Assembly (NCBI GenBank): GCA_964016885.1
Contig: OZ024741.1
Coordinates: forward strand, 62,620,001-62,684,000
Reading direction: 5' to 3'
DNA from: Eledone cirrhosa
Lineage: Eukaryota
DNA: 64,000 nucleotides
Below are positions 1-16,151 of the stretch, piece after piece. A program made the position numbers and the translations under genes. How positions within the stretch are numbered: position 1 is the first letter of the stretch; each line of letters opens with the position of its first letter. The notes beneath the pieces are model-generated. The model was not told the DNA's origin, made no database searches, and worked only from the letters and a program-made list of their open reading frames with translations.

Positions 1-163
1 TGTGCCAAAAGTAGAAACTATTTATTTTATTTCACTCTTACTTACTCACTAGGTTTTTAAGTGTACTCACTTAAGGTTATATGTGGGCGCATATGCAGAC
101 AGACTTATTTGTACTTACATATTTACGTGTTTTTATTTATATGTATGTGTGTGTGTATGTATA

Positions 164-195
<32 letters not shown>

Positions 196-197
196 CT

Positions 198-292
<95 letters not shown>

Positions 293-297
293 ATATA

Positions 298-439
<142 letters not shown>

Positions 440-447
440 TATATACT

Positions 448-539
<92 letters not shown>

Positions 540-583
540 ATATAATATATATATATATATATACATATATATAATATATATAT

Positions 584-652
<69 letters not shown>

Positions 653-1146
653 GTATGTATGTTCGTGTGTATATATGTATTTATAGATATGTATGTATAT
701 AGTTGTTTATATGTATTTGTATTTATGTATGCATGTGTTTGTATATATATATTTTTGCGTATATGTTTATATATGCGTGTATGGACTACGTATATGTTTA
801 TTTGTATGCGTGCGTTAATTTCTTATTGCGTGAGTGTGTGCGCACGCGTATGTGTACGTATGTACTTGGGTTATGTACCTTTGAAATTCATTTATTGATT
901 GTAGGGTTTTTTGTATGTGCATGCATGTGGATGTGTGTGTTTTTGTTTGTATGTATGTGTGTGTATATATGCGTTTATATATGTGTATATATATGTATAT
1001 GCATGCACATGTGTGTGTATGAGTACGTATATCTATTTTATATATATACTCATGTATATGCGTGCGTGTTTGCATGTGTGTATAGGTATATATGTATGTT
1101 TATGTATATGTGTGTATGTATGTGTATGTATGTGTATATATATATA

Positions 1147-1195
<49 letters not shown>

Positions 1196-1204
1196 ATATA
1201 TATA

Positions 1205-2470
1205 ATTTCGTTTCTGAATTTGTTTAGCAATATTCTTTATCTGAAAACGTCTGTTGAAACCGATATTGTTATACTTTGGGAGGGTCATGTTGCCAATACG
1301 AAACATACGCACCAGCTGATTTCACTTCAGTTTATTATAAATTTCCAGTTGGTTGCTTGGTTCCACAACCGGATGGTTGTTAATATATTGTCAAAGTTCT
1401 TTCGTCACACATTCTGTGACCTCTTTAGTGACTGGGGATTATTTTCTTTGTTTTGTGCCCCTCCTTAGTTCTGTCATACGCCATCTTGTTTTTGTGTGTG
1501 TTGTGTTCTTAGTTTGCGCATGTGTTACATCCGGGTGTCTGTGTGCGTTTTTATTTGTTTATTTATTTATTTGTTTATTTACATGTTACTAGTTAGTTGT
1601 TTGTTCTATGTGTGTGTGTTTTCATTTTTTGTCCTTAATTGTAAGTTGTGATGTTACTATTCCATTCATGTTTTCTATTTAATTTCGGTTGGAGTTCATT
1701 TATGTTTATTGCCTCTGTGATTTGTCTAAACATTGCGTCTTTTCTGTGTCTAGATTTTTTTTTTTTTCTGTGTTCTCTAATTTGCCTTATGTTCTATTTT
1801 AGCATGTTGGTGGAGTACTGATAAGTCTTTTCAATCTTGGAGTTCTCGCCAGTGTTCATTTAATCGTTCTCCGATGCTACGAGCTGTCTCACCTATGTAC
1901 ATTATATTCTTATCTTTACATTGTCCCTCAGTACATCTTATGCTATATATTATGTTTCTAGTTTTACAGTTAATATGGGGCTTAGTTTACAGATTATGCA
2001 TTTCTTATCTATACAGGGAGGTCTTTGAAAAGGGTATGTATTACTAATAAGTGTTTTTATGGAGGTACCTGGTCTTTCCACTATCTTAATATTAAGTTTA
2101 AGTTTATCTAGGGCCTTCTAAATTTGTAAGGTAGTTCACCTCTCTCTAGGGGTTGTATTGATGAACATTATACTCTGATATTTATTGCTATCATACCATG
2201 AGTTTCTTTTATTAACCTAATTCCTAGGTCTTTCTATTCTATTCCAAAAGTTGCTCCTATACAAGGGGCAGGTCCCATTTGTATCATTATTTACCATTTT
2301 TTCCCATTTGGTTCTGGCTCCTCTATATACTCTGATTTTATCTCTCTGATTGTAACCAGAGAACTGCATACGGTGGATGAAGTGTCTCTCTAGTTCTTTG
2401 GGGTTGCACATGCGGAACACGTTCCTCATCACCCTTACTAAATCCGCAATCAGTATCTTGATTTTGGTGT
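1205..2470 (-). mobile_element. Penelope-like retroelement (Neptune-like) 3' fragment: RT C-terminus, Cys linker, GIY-YIG endonuclease, pLTR; decayed
   Basis: Manual minus-strand translation gives PFQRPPCIDKKCIICK / INCKTRNIIYSIRCTEGQCKDKNIMYIGETARSIGERLNEHW / DAMFRQITEAININELQPKLNRKHEW (GIY-YIG motifs) with frameshifts and stops. ORF 2217-2432 lies upstream. It is followed by a hammerhead-bearing terminal repeat ending in (TA)n. Confidence 0.9.
1390..1433 (-). ncRNA. Degenerate minimal hammerhead ribozyme in the PLE pLTR (family A)
   Basis: GUCA-CUAAAGA-G-GUCAC..GUGAC-GAAA-GAAC-UU-UGAC; G5>A relative to the intact paralog at 38193. Confidence 0.7.
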
Positions 2471-2572
2471 GATCCCGAGATTTAAACTCAGAACATAAAG
2501 GGACGCAACTCTATGCTGCGAAGCAGGGTGTCCGACGCTCTACCGACATACATATCTTAAGTAATGTGTGTA

Positions 2573-2800
2573 GGCATCATGTCGTAGTTTCGATTCCTGG
2601 GCTGAATTGCGTGTTGTGTTCTTGAACAAAACACTTCATTCCACGTTGCTCCAGTATACTCAGCTGAAAATGAGTACCAGCCATAGCTGGGGGTTTAACC
2701 CTGCGATGGACTGGCCTTCTGTCCAGCGGGGGAGGGTGAGTCTTGTACTCTCAGTCGATCCACTCCATGACACCGGCCTAACGAGCATTCTAGGTTACAG
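2573..2800 (+). mobile_element. tRNA-derived CORE-type SINE (diverged)
   Basis: B-box-like gtttcgattcc followed by ttgtgttcttgaacaaaacacttcattccacgttgctccag; reverse copies at ~5660-5905, 33768-33890 and 35590-35860. Confidence 0.7.
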
Positions 2801-3369
2801 ACTTTAGAATAGATCAAGTAATGTGATCTTTTTCCTCCTAGACCGGTCAGAAGGGGTTAATGTTAATAACATATTTAATCAACAGAAACGTTTCCTATGA
2901 CAGGAAAAAGTGTTTAATGCCAGAAAGAAGCGGCTTTAATGACATTAGTATATATTTATTATTGATGACAGTTTGCGCTCCACTTATTAATGCCGAATGC
3001 TATCTCTTCTGAGACTGACATCGATAGTTTTATTTTCGCACTTGCTATTTTTTTCAAAAATATGTTTTTGTTTAAGGTATATTTTTTTCTACTGCAAATA
3101 GTCCTTAATTTGAAGCTTCAAACTCTTCAACCAATATTAACTTCACCTCGCCTATAGATATATGAATTATTTATTTCGTAACTCCAGCTGTAACTACCTA
3201 CATATATACCTACAATACTTTCATACATACATAATTGTTGTTAGATTATATGCATCTTGCAGGCATAAATTGTAGGCATGAAATCTTGTTGGCATTAATT
3301 TAAACTCTTCGTATTAATAACTGTATTGTTTCCGCCTACGTTGAAAACTAAATTTCGTTTTGACATTCC

Positions 3370-3950
3370 ATGAGAGTATCTTGGTCAGCCATTGAACGTT
3401 TCAGCCAACTCACGTACGCGTTCGCCACCTCGACTCGACCTCTCTATTTCTGGTTAAGAATGACCACTCTGTGCGTTACCTCGCCCTAGTTCCTATCAAC
3501 CTAGATATCTGGACCGAACCAGACCCCGAGCAACTTGACAGGTTTATGAAAACGGGACTGAAACTGGTAGCCTTGAGGACAGCCTCCAGGTATTGATGGT
3601 TGACCCCATCAAAAGCTTTCGATTGATCCAAATTGATCAGAACACCACCGAAGCCAGGTGTATTCCCGACTGTCTCTATGATGTATCGCCGGAAATTATC
3701 AATAACGTCCACCTCGTTCTCGTCATGCGGGAGATTATGCTGAGGAAATGTTAAGATGTATTCAGATAACGTGTAGCAAAACCACTGTACCCACTATGAG
3801 AAGAGTAACATTATATACTATGGTTTTAGTGTTCCTCTTAAATGCTGCAGCCACTATGCTGTCATGTATCAAGAGGTTGAGTATGTCAGCTTTTATATTC
3901 CAACACCATCAACCGTTGAATTATTCGATGGCTTCGAAGCAGTGGCTGTG
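3370..3950 (-). pseudogene. Internally deleted, decayed Tx1-clade LINE ORF2 fragment
   Basis: ORF 3476-3712 YIIETVGNTPGFGGVLINLDQSKAFDGVNHQYL matches the Tx1 ORF2 at 28540-28635; GRVEVANAY remnant near 3415-3440. Confidence 0.8.
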
Positions 3951-4579
3951 AAGTGAGTAGGAGCCAGAATAATTTTCTTTGTGTAAATATCTGTTTACTT
4001 GAATAATCAGCACAGTATTGTCGTACACACAATATGTGTGGTGTATTAGTCTTGAAACGAGGCAAAATTAAATGCAGGAATGGGTTGGTGCTGTAATCGG
4101 GGAAGGTATGAAGCAAATAGTTAAGAGGGTTATAAGTATCGGAGTATTTGAACAGCTTGAATACTCCGGAGGGTGCTTGAAAAATAAGCTGTGTTACCTC
4201 TATTCAGTGACAGTAAACAACATCACTACCGTTAGAAGATGAGCGAAAGAATAACAATAATGACAATGGTGTATTTGTATATGTATATGCACACTTACGT
4301 GAATATTAATGTTAATGTGCCTTCGTTTATTCATAATCATATGTGAAGACAATGAAATTGAGAAAGCGCACAACATGTATAAGTAGAGTATAATTTCTTT
4401 AGATTTTAAAGGTAAATTTTGACAGTGAATCGCAATTTCACCTGTCATCAGCTTCGTCTGACTGACAGACAAAGCTGATTACAAGCGAAACTGACATGTT
4501 AGTCTCTGTCAGCATTTTTCTTGTTATTAAATGTATGTCCCGGCGTTTCCCGGGTTACTGCTGTTCTTATTCAGATTAA

Positions 4580-4766
4580 TTGTTTCTACGTTTGGCACAA
4601 AGCCAGAAATTACTCAGTACATTACTGGTACTTTATTTTATCGACCCCGTAAGGATGAAAGGCAAAGTTAACCTCGGCGGGATTTGAACTCAGATCATAA
4701 ATGGACGTAACTCTATGCTTCAAAGCATGGTGTCCGACTCTCTACCGATACTGACAATCCACCGTC
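4580..4766 (-). mobile_element. tRNA-derived SINE with MetaSINE-like central domain
   Basis: On the minus strand: A-box-like (t)ggcagtatcgg, B-box gagttcaaatcc, central gttaactttgcctttcatccttacggggtcgataaaataaagtaccag. More than 15 copies in the window. Confidence 0.85.
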
Positions 4767-5197
4767 ATTATTCAGATTAATAAACAATAAATATGATAAC
4801 TATGAAGATATATTTTTTTTTTCTCATAATTATTTCAAAAAATCTATATTCTACAAAAAAAAAAAATCAAAATTATAATTATAATAGAATTTAGAAATGA
4901 AAATGTGTCAATCTTGAAGGACCTCAGAGTAAACAATATTCATTGTTTCGTATGCATACAAATGTATGTATACTCACACACACGCACATACACTGTCACA
5001 TACACTCACAGACATATGCTTATCAATCGCTACATATGAATATGTGTATGTATATATGTGTGTGTTTAATTCTCTGTGAGTTAAATATTTCGTGAAGATG
5101 TGTGTGTGTGTATGTAACTAACTAAGGCGTAACGTACGTAACGAACGCGCAAACACACACACACACACACAGACACACTCACTCTCACACACACACA

Positions 5198-5294
<97 letters not shown>

Positions 5295-5546
5295 ATTTAC
5301 AAAATGTGACGTCGTAGTCGTCACCGTCGTGTTATAAAATATCCGTTTACTTAGTTGTCTATAGTATATTATTTTAGATAAAGTGTTATATTGTTTAAAT
5401 CCGAATGAAAATAAAAATTACATGTTAATTCCGAGTTCAAATTTGATTTGATTTGGTCGAACTGCTTGAGAATGCATAAAGAAAAGACAGACAGAGACAA
5501 ATAATTTTATATAGATATATATATCTACAGTACAGAGGCAACTTTC

Positions 5547-5591
5547 TTAGCATTCGTTCATAACTCTAAGAGAGTTATGAACGAATGCTAA
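5547..5591. repeat. Perfect 21-bp inverted repeat with 3-nt loop
   Basis: ttagcattcgttcataactct-aag-agagttatgaacgaatgctaa. Confidence 0.9.
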
Positions 5592-6205
5592 TGGACTTTC
5601 ATTTAATTTATGTGCGAAGAGATTGTATCGAAAAACTGTAATTGTACCACGACTCGTATTTCAAACAACGGAACAGCTAGCTCATGGAATTAACGTGCTT
5701 GTGGCTGAGCATTCCACAGATAAAGGGTATTTCAGGGAGATTTAGTGTGACACAGTAGGTGGAATGAACGTTCCTTTGAATTATAGGTACGCGTATTGTT
5801 TTTAAACTAAGTGAACTGGATGAACTTGAAATGAAATGTTTATCTCAAGGACACATGCCGTCGAGAATCAAAGTCACAATCTTAAGATTGTAAGCCGAAG
5901 ATGCTACGTTATTACAACTATAACGATGTGAACAAGCGGTAAAATTCAGATAATGACAAATGGAAAAGCGATTAACATAAACACGATCATATATTCAGTC
6001 ATTTGGAAATGAACTGCTATTTCTGTTTCATTACGTATTTATACTTCTCTCGCTCTTTCTGTATTCTTCCCGTCATAGTTGTTTTCATTTAACCGTACTT
6101 TTTTCTGAAGCTTTGTATTTCTGTGAGTCCATGTTTACTATTTTATAAAATTGTAATTGTTTCGCTTTCTCTCTCTCTATCTCCTTCTCTGCCTGTCTCT
6201 GTCTG

Positions 6206-6280
<75 letters not shown>

Positions 6281-7089
6281 CTCTCTCTATCTCTCTCTTT
6301 CTCTACCTGTCTATGTCTGCTTATCTCTCTATTTCTCACAATAATATATTTCTCAAACAATTAGTTTCTGGAATGCACGGAAATGAAATGGTTGTAGCTA
6401 GTCAATGGAATTTCTAGATAACTTTTATTATGGTTTTTGCTTTTGTTTTTTTCTTACTAAAATTCAAGTGCAACAGAGAAGCAAGGTCGTAATTGTAACA
6501 AACCTCATTCTAAGATGTGGATAGGTGTGTTCAACCCTTGCAGGAAGCATTGGCAGCATGGGCAGAGTGGGTGTAGGGATGCATAACCTGGAGAGATCGG
6601 CCGAAAGAGTAAAAAATCGATATTCTAATGGATTACCAAGAAATATTCTCGAATACTAGTGATAAATTATTAGATGTCTTTAATGGTATAAAGTAAAAAT
6701 ATATATATATATATACTTCTTGGAACGTTCATATTGAGCACGTAAATTTATAATCTACGCATAGATTTGATAATTACCAAACATATACTGGAGACAGTTC
6801 AACCGATTATATCCTTGCATCAATATAAATTCGTAAGCTTATATTCTTGAAAGAATTCAGGAATGGAACGCTAGAGATTATATACATTGCCATATTTAGT
6901 AACATTTCCTTATCTTGTCTAAATATTGTCTTACATCCATTCGGGTTCTATAAATTAAGTACTAGTAAACTAACGAGGCCGAGTCTATCGATTATACGAT
7001 TCTTCTATAAATTCGTAATATTTGTACTAATCTAAAAATCAATATTAGTAGTGAGCACGTTTCAGCAAGAGATAAGCTCATGGCATGTC

Positions 7090-7470
7090 GAAGCAATGAC
7101 AAGGTTTCAATTTTTGCTTTACTTCATTTACATCATTATCTTTCAGCTCAGCCTTTGCAGATCCTTTCTATGCCACCGACATAAGTGTTTTGAGGACCCC
7201 ATTTTAAAGAGATTTGTCCTATTATAGTATTAGACAATATCCTCCCACAAGACAAATTCCGATCCGGAAAATCTACAACTAACCCACGTTTGAAACTCAT
7301 CTAGTTGGATTTTTTTAAATGATTGGATGACAACAGCCATACCTATTGACTTATCTGTTGCAAATGGCACATTGAATCACCATTTTCTTTCGATAAAAAT
7401 CGGCGAGATGACAAACGATCTGGTGTTTACAGACATTATGGCAGCCCTCCTGAAAAATAGGTGCTTGTAT
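7090..7470 (+). pseudogene. Highly decayed non-LTR RT fragment
   Basis: Manual translation SFLCHRHKCFE, ILPQDKFRSGKSTT, AIPIDLSVANGTLNHHFL resembles the RT motifs SLLC..K..E, GFR.G.ST and DLS.AFDT..H. Confidence 0.55.
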
Positions 7471-8012
7471 TATGATTTGTATGTATGAGCCCGTAACTTC
7501 CGGTGGTGTTATAGGGACACCGTAGTGACATAAGGCGTTTCTTGGGTCTTTAAAGCTGGCGGAGCCTATCCCCTTTCCAGGTCCGAAAGAAGGGAGACAA
7601 AGAAAGATAAAGGGATAGTAATAGAAGGGAAGTGAGAAACAGATATAGAAAAAGAATCGACCTCAGTACAGTACTGATACATTTAATATCGACTCCGAAA
7701 GGATGACCTCGGCCGGATTTGAGTGACGGGATGAATAGCGCAAAGTATTCTATCCAACATTTTGATGGGTCTACCAATTCTCCACTTCTTTAATGCTTTA
7801 AATATCAACATTAACCACTGGCGTGACCAACGGATTTCTATAAGATAGTGTATTGGCTTCACTACGATATAAAGCCTACATCTACCTTTAGGCATGGACC
7901 AGAATGCACTTGAGCACAGTGACTATCCTGTCTCTCTTGAAACAACGCTAGCTTCCTCTTTTTTTTAGGGAGAACACACACACACAGACATATATGTATG
8001 TATATATATATG

Positions 8013-8062
<50 letters not shown>

Positions 8063-8818
8063 AACACACTGACGCGCGCACATACATATACATAATTTAA
8101 ATCGAAAGTCAATTCCCGAAGACATGTGATTAATATTGAATTAAATGATGAAAAGATTTACTTGTGGTTGAACTTAAAAAAGAAACCAACTAGTTTTAAT
8201 TTTAATGTAAAAAAAGGTAAAGGTGAAGAGGCTTTCCTTCCTGATGGTTTCATAAGGGTGCTATACTGACACACGGTGTGTCATTTGCATATTAATTCTG
8301 TCTGAGCCCATGGCTCACCAGGAATGACGACAAACGATTTCTTCCAATGAAAGAAAAAAAAATGAGAGAGAGGTTGAGAGTGTGTGTGAGAGAGAGGGAG
8401 AGAGAGGAGAGAGAGAGAGAGAGTGAGCCAAACTCAATACCGCACTGGTATATTTTTAACGATCTCGCTAGGCAAAGTTGATCTTAGAGTGTAGTCAGCG
8501 GGAATAAATGCCGAGGCAATCATGTCTACGCAAATACACAAACACTCTCATTTATAGTCTTTTACCTGCCCCTGTCCCCGGGTTGTTGCCATGCTGGGAT
8601 GCATGGCATGTTTATTAAAATATATGCATACAAATATATAAATACAAAGAATATGATGTCTGTATCCAAATACTTAAAATTCCATATATGCATTGAATAA
8701 TTTTACTCGCTCTTTTCCTCTATGAAAATGTGTTTACTAACCCCCCGCCCCCCACACACACACACAGACACACACACACACACACACAAACACGCACACA
8801 CACACACTCACTCACACG

Positions 8819-8852
<34 letters not shown>

Positions 8853-8898
8853 TATAAATATATATATATATATACACACATATATATATATATATATA

Positions 8899-8994
8899 CA
8901 GGGTGTCCCAAAAATGTATACACACTTGAAGAGCATTCTAATAAATATTGCCTGTACAGGTAATCAAAGTATGTATACATTTTTGGACACCCTG
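8899..8994. mobile_element. Tc1/mariner-type MITE
   Basis: TIRs cagggtgtcc(c)aaaaatgtatac / gtatacatttttggacaccctg, flanked by TA; second diverged copy at ~36848-36958. Confidence 0.85.
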
Positions 8995-9322
8995 TATATA
9001 TACATTTGCACACACATATTTGTAACGGAAATTTGCATATATAGATATTTTTTTTTTTTAACTAAAGTCCATTAAAAGATCATATTGTCTGAACATAAAG
9101 ATCTTTTTAAGAGTTGACTCAACTTCTTCTCACACACATAAATGAAAAGAAAAAATAATCAACAGTTTAGAAGTCGTGGATACTGAGAAGGCCAGATTCT
9201 AAAAAAAATATTACTAAAACGCAAAAAGATGTTAGTAAAATTTCTAAAACGCTGCACCATTATATCTGGTGCGAAAAAATGTCCATTAGCTAATCTTACT
9301 AATAGGTACATTAACAGCACTA

Positions 9323-10748
<1,426 letters not shown>

Positions 10749-11234
10749 CATACATATATTAATACATGTCAATAACCACAAATACTTACGCAGTGTACGG
10801 TGAGTTAATGCAGTCTCGATAATGTTAACACGAAAACTAGTCAACTTGTTTAACAACTAACAAATAAATGCTAACTTATTTATTTCGATACGATGAAATG
10901 CTACCTCACCTCCTTTAAGATTACCATCAAAACAGTTTTGGAATATATTACGGCAATTCACTTCCGTCAGCCTCGAAACTTTATAGAAATTCGTCTTTTT
11001 CAAACTAGAGAGTTCGTAGTATTTCAGAGGAATGTTTTGCAATGCGAAGAAGAATTGCATTGTAATTTTCAACTATATATAGAATGGCTATAATTATGAT
11101 AGAAGTAAGTTGAGTGAACAATGTGGGAGTGTGTTCTCGATACGGTATTTCTGTCTTCCTTAGGGCAGACTACAACTATCTGTCTCTCTGCTATCACTCT
11201 CTCTCCCTCTCGGATTTACTGACCCTAATAATGA

Positions 11235-12236
11235 TTTCTACTTAAGGCACAAAGCCAGAATTTCTGAGGGAGGAGAAAGTCGATTAAACTGACCCCAGTG
11301 CATTACTGGTGCTTTATTTTATAGACCCAATAATGATGAAAGGCAAAGCTAACCTCGGCGGGATTTGAATTCAGAACGTAAAGAGACGTAACTCTATGCC
11401 GAAAGGTATGTTGTCCGACGCTCTACCGATACTGCTAATTCACCAATAATAATAATAATGGTTCCTTTTATAGGTTCAAGGCCAGCAATATTTGGGGAGG
11501 GAAAAGTCGATTAAATCGACCCCAGTGCGTGACTGGTACTTTATTTTATCGTTCCCTCAAAGATGAAAGGCAAAGTTAACCTCGGCGGGATTTGAACTCA
11601 AATCATAAAGCGCCGTAACACTATGCGTCAAAGCATGGCGTCCGACCCTCTACCGATACTGCCAATCCACCACCCTAACCAATAATAATAATAATGATAA
11701 TGGTTTGTGATTTAGGCACAAGGCCAGCAATTTGGGGGGAGGGGAAAGTCGATTAAATCGACCCCAGTGCGTTACTGGTACTTTATTTTATCGACCCCGT
11801 AAGGATGAAAGGTAAAGATAATAATGATGATTATTATTGGTGGATTGGCAGTATCGGTAGAGCATCGGACAACAAGCTGTTCGGCATAGATTTACGTCCC
11901 TTTATGTTCTGTGTTCAAATCCCGTTGTGGTTAACTTTCCTTTCATCATTAGTAGGTTGATAAAATAAAGCACCAGTAATGCACTGGGTCGATTTAATCG
12001 ACTTATCCCTTTCCCTTCAAATTACTGGCATTGTGCCTATACTAGAAATCATTGGTGGATTAGCAGTATCGGTAGAGAGTCGGACGCCATGCTTTCCAGC
12101 ATAGTGACGTCCCTCTACGGTCTGAGTTCAAATCCCGCCGAGGTTTACTTTGCCTTTCATCCTCACGGGGTCGATAAAATAAAGTACCAGTAATGCACTG
12201 GGTAATTACTGGCCTTGTGCCAAAAGTAGAAACAAT
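11235..12236. mobile_element. Cluster of five tRNA-SINE copies (three minus, two plus)
   Basis: Copies at ~11235-11445(-), 11460-11675(-), 11700-11820(-, partial), 11838-12050(+), 12053-12236(+). Confidence 0.9.
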
Positions 12237-12272
12237 TATTATAAACAGTTATATATCTTTTCTAAATTGTAG

Positions 12273-12355
12273 CAAACATGAGCTAGACGAGAGTTAGACA
12301 TGAGCCAAACATGAGCTAGACACGAGGCAGACATGAGTCAGATCTGAGCTAGACA
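12273..12355. repeat. Degenerate ~10-bp minisatellite (acatgagcta-like)
   Basis: Recurrent atgagctaga/atgagccaaa/atgagtcaga units. Confidence 0.7.
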
Positions 12356-12829
12356 AACATTATAGATCTAGATCTTTATAAATGTATGACATTGTTGCTT
12401 AACGCAACATGCATAACCGTACATCAGAGAGACTTAAGAATATCTAAATCTTCACCCAGAAGAAGTACAGTTTGGATAATCCAGTTAAAAGTTAACTTTA
12501 CAGAATCAATACATACGCGTGAAAACCACGAAACACCAGTTATAAGTTATATAGTAATTTAAGGGAAGAATCAATGACCAACAATAGAAATACCAATCAT
12601 ATGTTCATTATTTTTTAAAATACAACGTTATTGGAAATATATGTATAAGACTCACAACTATTATTTTCGGTTGCAGGTTTGAGTTACAAACTAAACTATT
12701 TTCCAATATTAATCTTCTCCAAAATAGAATACTATAACATACACATAGAATAGCTGGAGAGAAAATGCCACTGAATTAAAAGTAAGTTTGGGACCCATGG
12801 ACAAGTTAATTTAAGAATTATTTCATATT

Positions 12830-13195
12830 CTGGCACAAGGTAAGCAATTTGAGAGGAAAGTCGATCAAATCAATCTCAGTGGTACTTTAATTTATCCATC
12901 TCGGAAGGATAAAATGCAAACTGGATCTTGGCAGGATTTGAACCCACAACTTAAAGAGCCAGAAACACTGATAAGCATGGGTCCGACGTACTTACGATTC
13001 TGCCAATCCACTACTCATATAATTCTTGAAATAATGGTTTCCGATTTAGGCACAGGACCAAGAATATTTGGGGAGGGGAAGGTCGATCAAATCGACCCTA
13101 ATGCGTTACTGGTACTTTATTTTATAGAGCTGTAATGATGAAAGGCAAAGCTAACCTCGGTAGGATTTGAACTTACGACTCTGCAAATCCACCGT
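12830..13195 (-). mobile_element. Two diverged tRNA-SINE copies
   Basis: ggcacaagg tail, central domain and ggatttgaac (reverse B-box). Confidence 0.75.
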
Positions 13196-14639
13196 ATTTA
13201 TACACTTCCAAAATAGTAATAATAGAAAAATATAGAAACAGAAGGCTTGAAAGAAATAATACATAACAAAAACAGAAAACAACTTTCAGGCTACAAATAC
13301 CGAAACGTAAATATAGAAGATAGAACCAATAGAAACAAAAACAAACTAAATAACAAAGCAAAACATCAAACTCTAACATACCTACAGTATATTGACGAAC
13401 AAAAGCTGAACCAGAATGACACCAAAGAAAATATAAACGAAAGTAAATATCAGAAAGATGTAAGATTAGAAAGTTCTAAATCTGGAAAGTTTGAATATGA
13501 CAATCATCTAAAGAATTAAAATCGATCTAGACTATGGAAAGAAGATAAAATGAAAGAAAACGGTAACAACAATAGAAAAAATGCAAACTTGACCATTGTA
13601 GACTTAAAGGAAACAGATAGGAATGTCAATATCACCAGGATAAATCACCTATTCTATGCAGGAAACACAGTAGTAGGAAAGGAAAGTAGATTTTTCTTCA
13701 AACCTACTCATATTTGAACATCTACACCAAAATAAGTAGACAGTAAATTAGCGGATAGAATGCTGGACGGTATTCATCCTGGCTTTCTGCGCTCTCTGAA
13801 TTCAAATCTCATCGAAGTCAACTTTGACTTTCACTCTTTCGAGGTCAGTACTGGAATCAATTATTTTTCTTATTCTCACCCCTCTCTCTCCCTGGAAGAA
13901 ACCGGCCGTATTCAGACCTGGGGAGTGAAAGGTTTATGCCAGGTTTAAAGTGACCAATCACGACGGCTTCTCCACGACCCCAACAAAAGTTACAAGTCCA
14001 TAAATATATACAAAGCAAAGGAAAAAGAGAGCAAAACATAAATGAAAAAATGGTTTAATCATCGATGAAACAATGCGGCAACCGAAGTACAACATAAAAA
14101 ATGCATCCGAAAACAAACATCTCCGTTAATTCGCAAAGATTCCGTTGTTATGAAAAACGATTTTTCAGAGAACAGAGACCAATTTAACGCCATCAATAAC
14201 AGAAATAAATATTTTGAGGGCAAGAATTATTCTTTTACTTTATTATTCTTTTACAGTGATTCACTGTCACTATGTTGAGTTTAAACAATCATATTCTCGA
14301 CACTAGCACTTATTTTAACTTCCTACCTATTTAATCGATTTATATTAGTTGACGCACTTAGTGGGCATATATCTATATATAAAGGAGCAGATCACAAAAA
14401 ACTTAGCTTTTTAAGACTTGTGTTAACATAAAATCAGGCATGGACACATGAGCACAAACATATGACGGGTTTTTACTGTTTTCGTCTACCAAATAGCAAT
14501 TGAGAGGTTCTAGTAATACATTTTTAGTATAATATTCACAAATAGAAGCTAAGTGAAATAGCATAACACACTGAACACTCGCATATGGACACACATATAT
14601 ATACATATGTATACAGATATGTATATATATATGTAAGTT

Positions 14640-15418
14640 AAGTGTCTAGCAAAGAGAGAAAGAGACATTGCCAAGTCCAAGCTTGCTGATGAAGACGGCT
14701 GTTTTCGCCCCAGACGCAGCACAGCCGAGCAAATATTCACACTTTGGCAGGTCTTCGAGTAATCGTGGGAATATTGCCAAGAAGTATATTCTTGTTGTGT
14801 AGACCCCGAAAAGGCATATGTCCGCGTCCCTCGGGACATGCTGCGGAAGGTTCTGCAAGAGTATGGAATAGATGGTCAGCTTCTTGCTGCCCTGAAGTCG
14901 CTATACGAACGTCTGAGTAATTGTCTACGGATAAATGGGACTAAATCGACACCATTTAATGTGGGAATAGGACTCCTCTAAGAATACATACTGTCACCTC
15001 TCCTGTTCATTATTTTCACTAACAGGATTGACATGTGCAGCTGGTTTGGAAGTGATATCACGACTAGCAGGTGTAAAATCAGTCGGCTGAGGTTTGCTGT
15101 CGACATTGTGTTACTTATCTCGACAGAAGCCGATCTCCGATTAGCACTTGATAGGTTGGATGCCGAGTACTGCATGGCTGGAATGAAAATCAGTGTGGCG
15201 AAAATTGAGACAAGCGTCCTCTCAAGGAAGCCTGCGCAATTCATTCTATATGTGAATGGAAGCAGCTGGGCAGAATTTCAGGAGCTAGTACACTAATGCG
15301 CCAGCTCCAGCATCCGGAAATCAGAGGGGAGGTAGGTGTAAAAACCAAACTAGCTATCTTCAATTCAGTATTCGAGCCAACCCTTACCTATGGTCATGAA
15401 TCCTGTGTAATGACCGAT
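14640..15418 (+). pseudogene. RTE-clade LINE reverse transcriptase fragment
   Basis: QIFTLWQVFE*SWEY, VDPEKAYVRVPR, ILSPLLFIIF, LRFAVDIVLL (degenerate FADD), YGHESCVMT. Confidence 0.85.
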
Positions 15419-15553
15419 ACTTGGGGTAATAGGGTGTGGTAATATGAAAGATTCGGGACCACAACGGCTGAGGTTATGCCGTGTTTCAACAGCTAGTTCC
15501 GAAGTAGTTCAGCTGTTTGGATCCCGACACTTTCTCATACATAGACACACACT

Positions 15554-15814
<261 letters not shown>

Positions 15815-16151
15815 CCTATTACCCACTCTACTACCCTAAGTATTCTTGTGCGTTATGGTCCATCTTGTTCCTTACCACACTTCCTTCGTTGTATATATAT
15901 ATATATATGAGAAAACTGTATTTCATCCGCCCGTCAGCCACTTCCCCTCTGAGGAAGTTTTGCTAATCGCTGTCTTTGACAATCGCTGTCTTTAGCTGGT
16001 ATAATGGCTGTTCTAGCCACGAGTTTTACATTTTTAAATATATTCAAAAACACTTTCGCTTCGTCTCGCTCAAAGACAATATTTTTTTTTCATATATATT
16101 TAAGTATATATGTTTATATATAGACACATACATACATAAATACACATTTCT

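Noticed and set aside
4538-4556. Helitron-like hairpin cccggcgtttcccggg
   Set aside because: No adjacent CTAG terminus or matching 5' end
12053-12145. tRNA gene
   Set aside because: A/B boxes belong to SINE heads; no complete cloverleaf
13247-13519. 90-aa ORF
   Set aside because: A-rich low-complexity sequence with no recognisable motif
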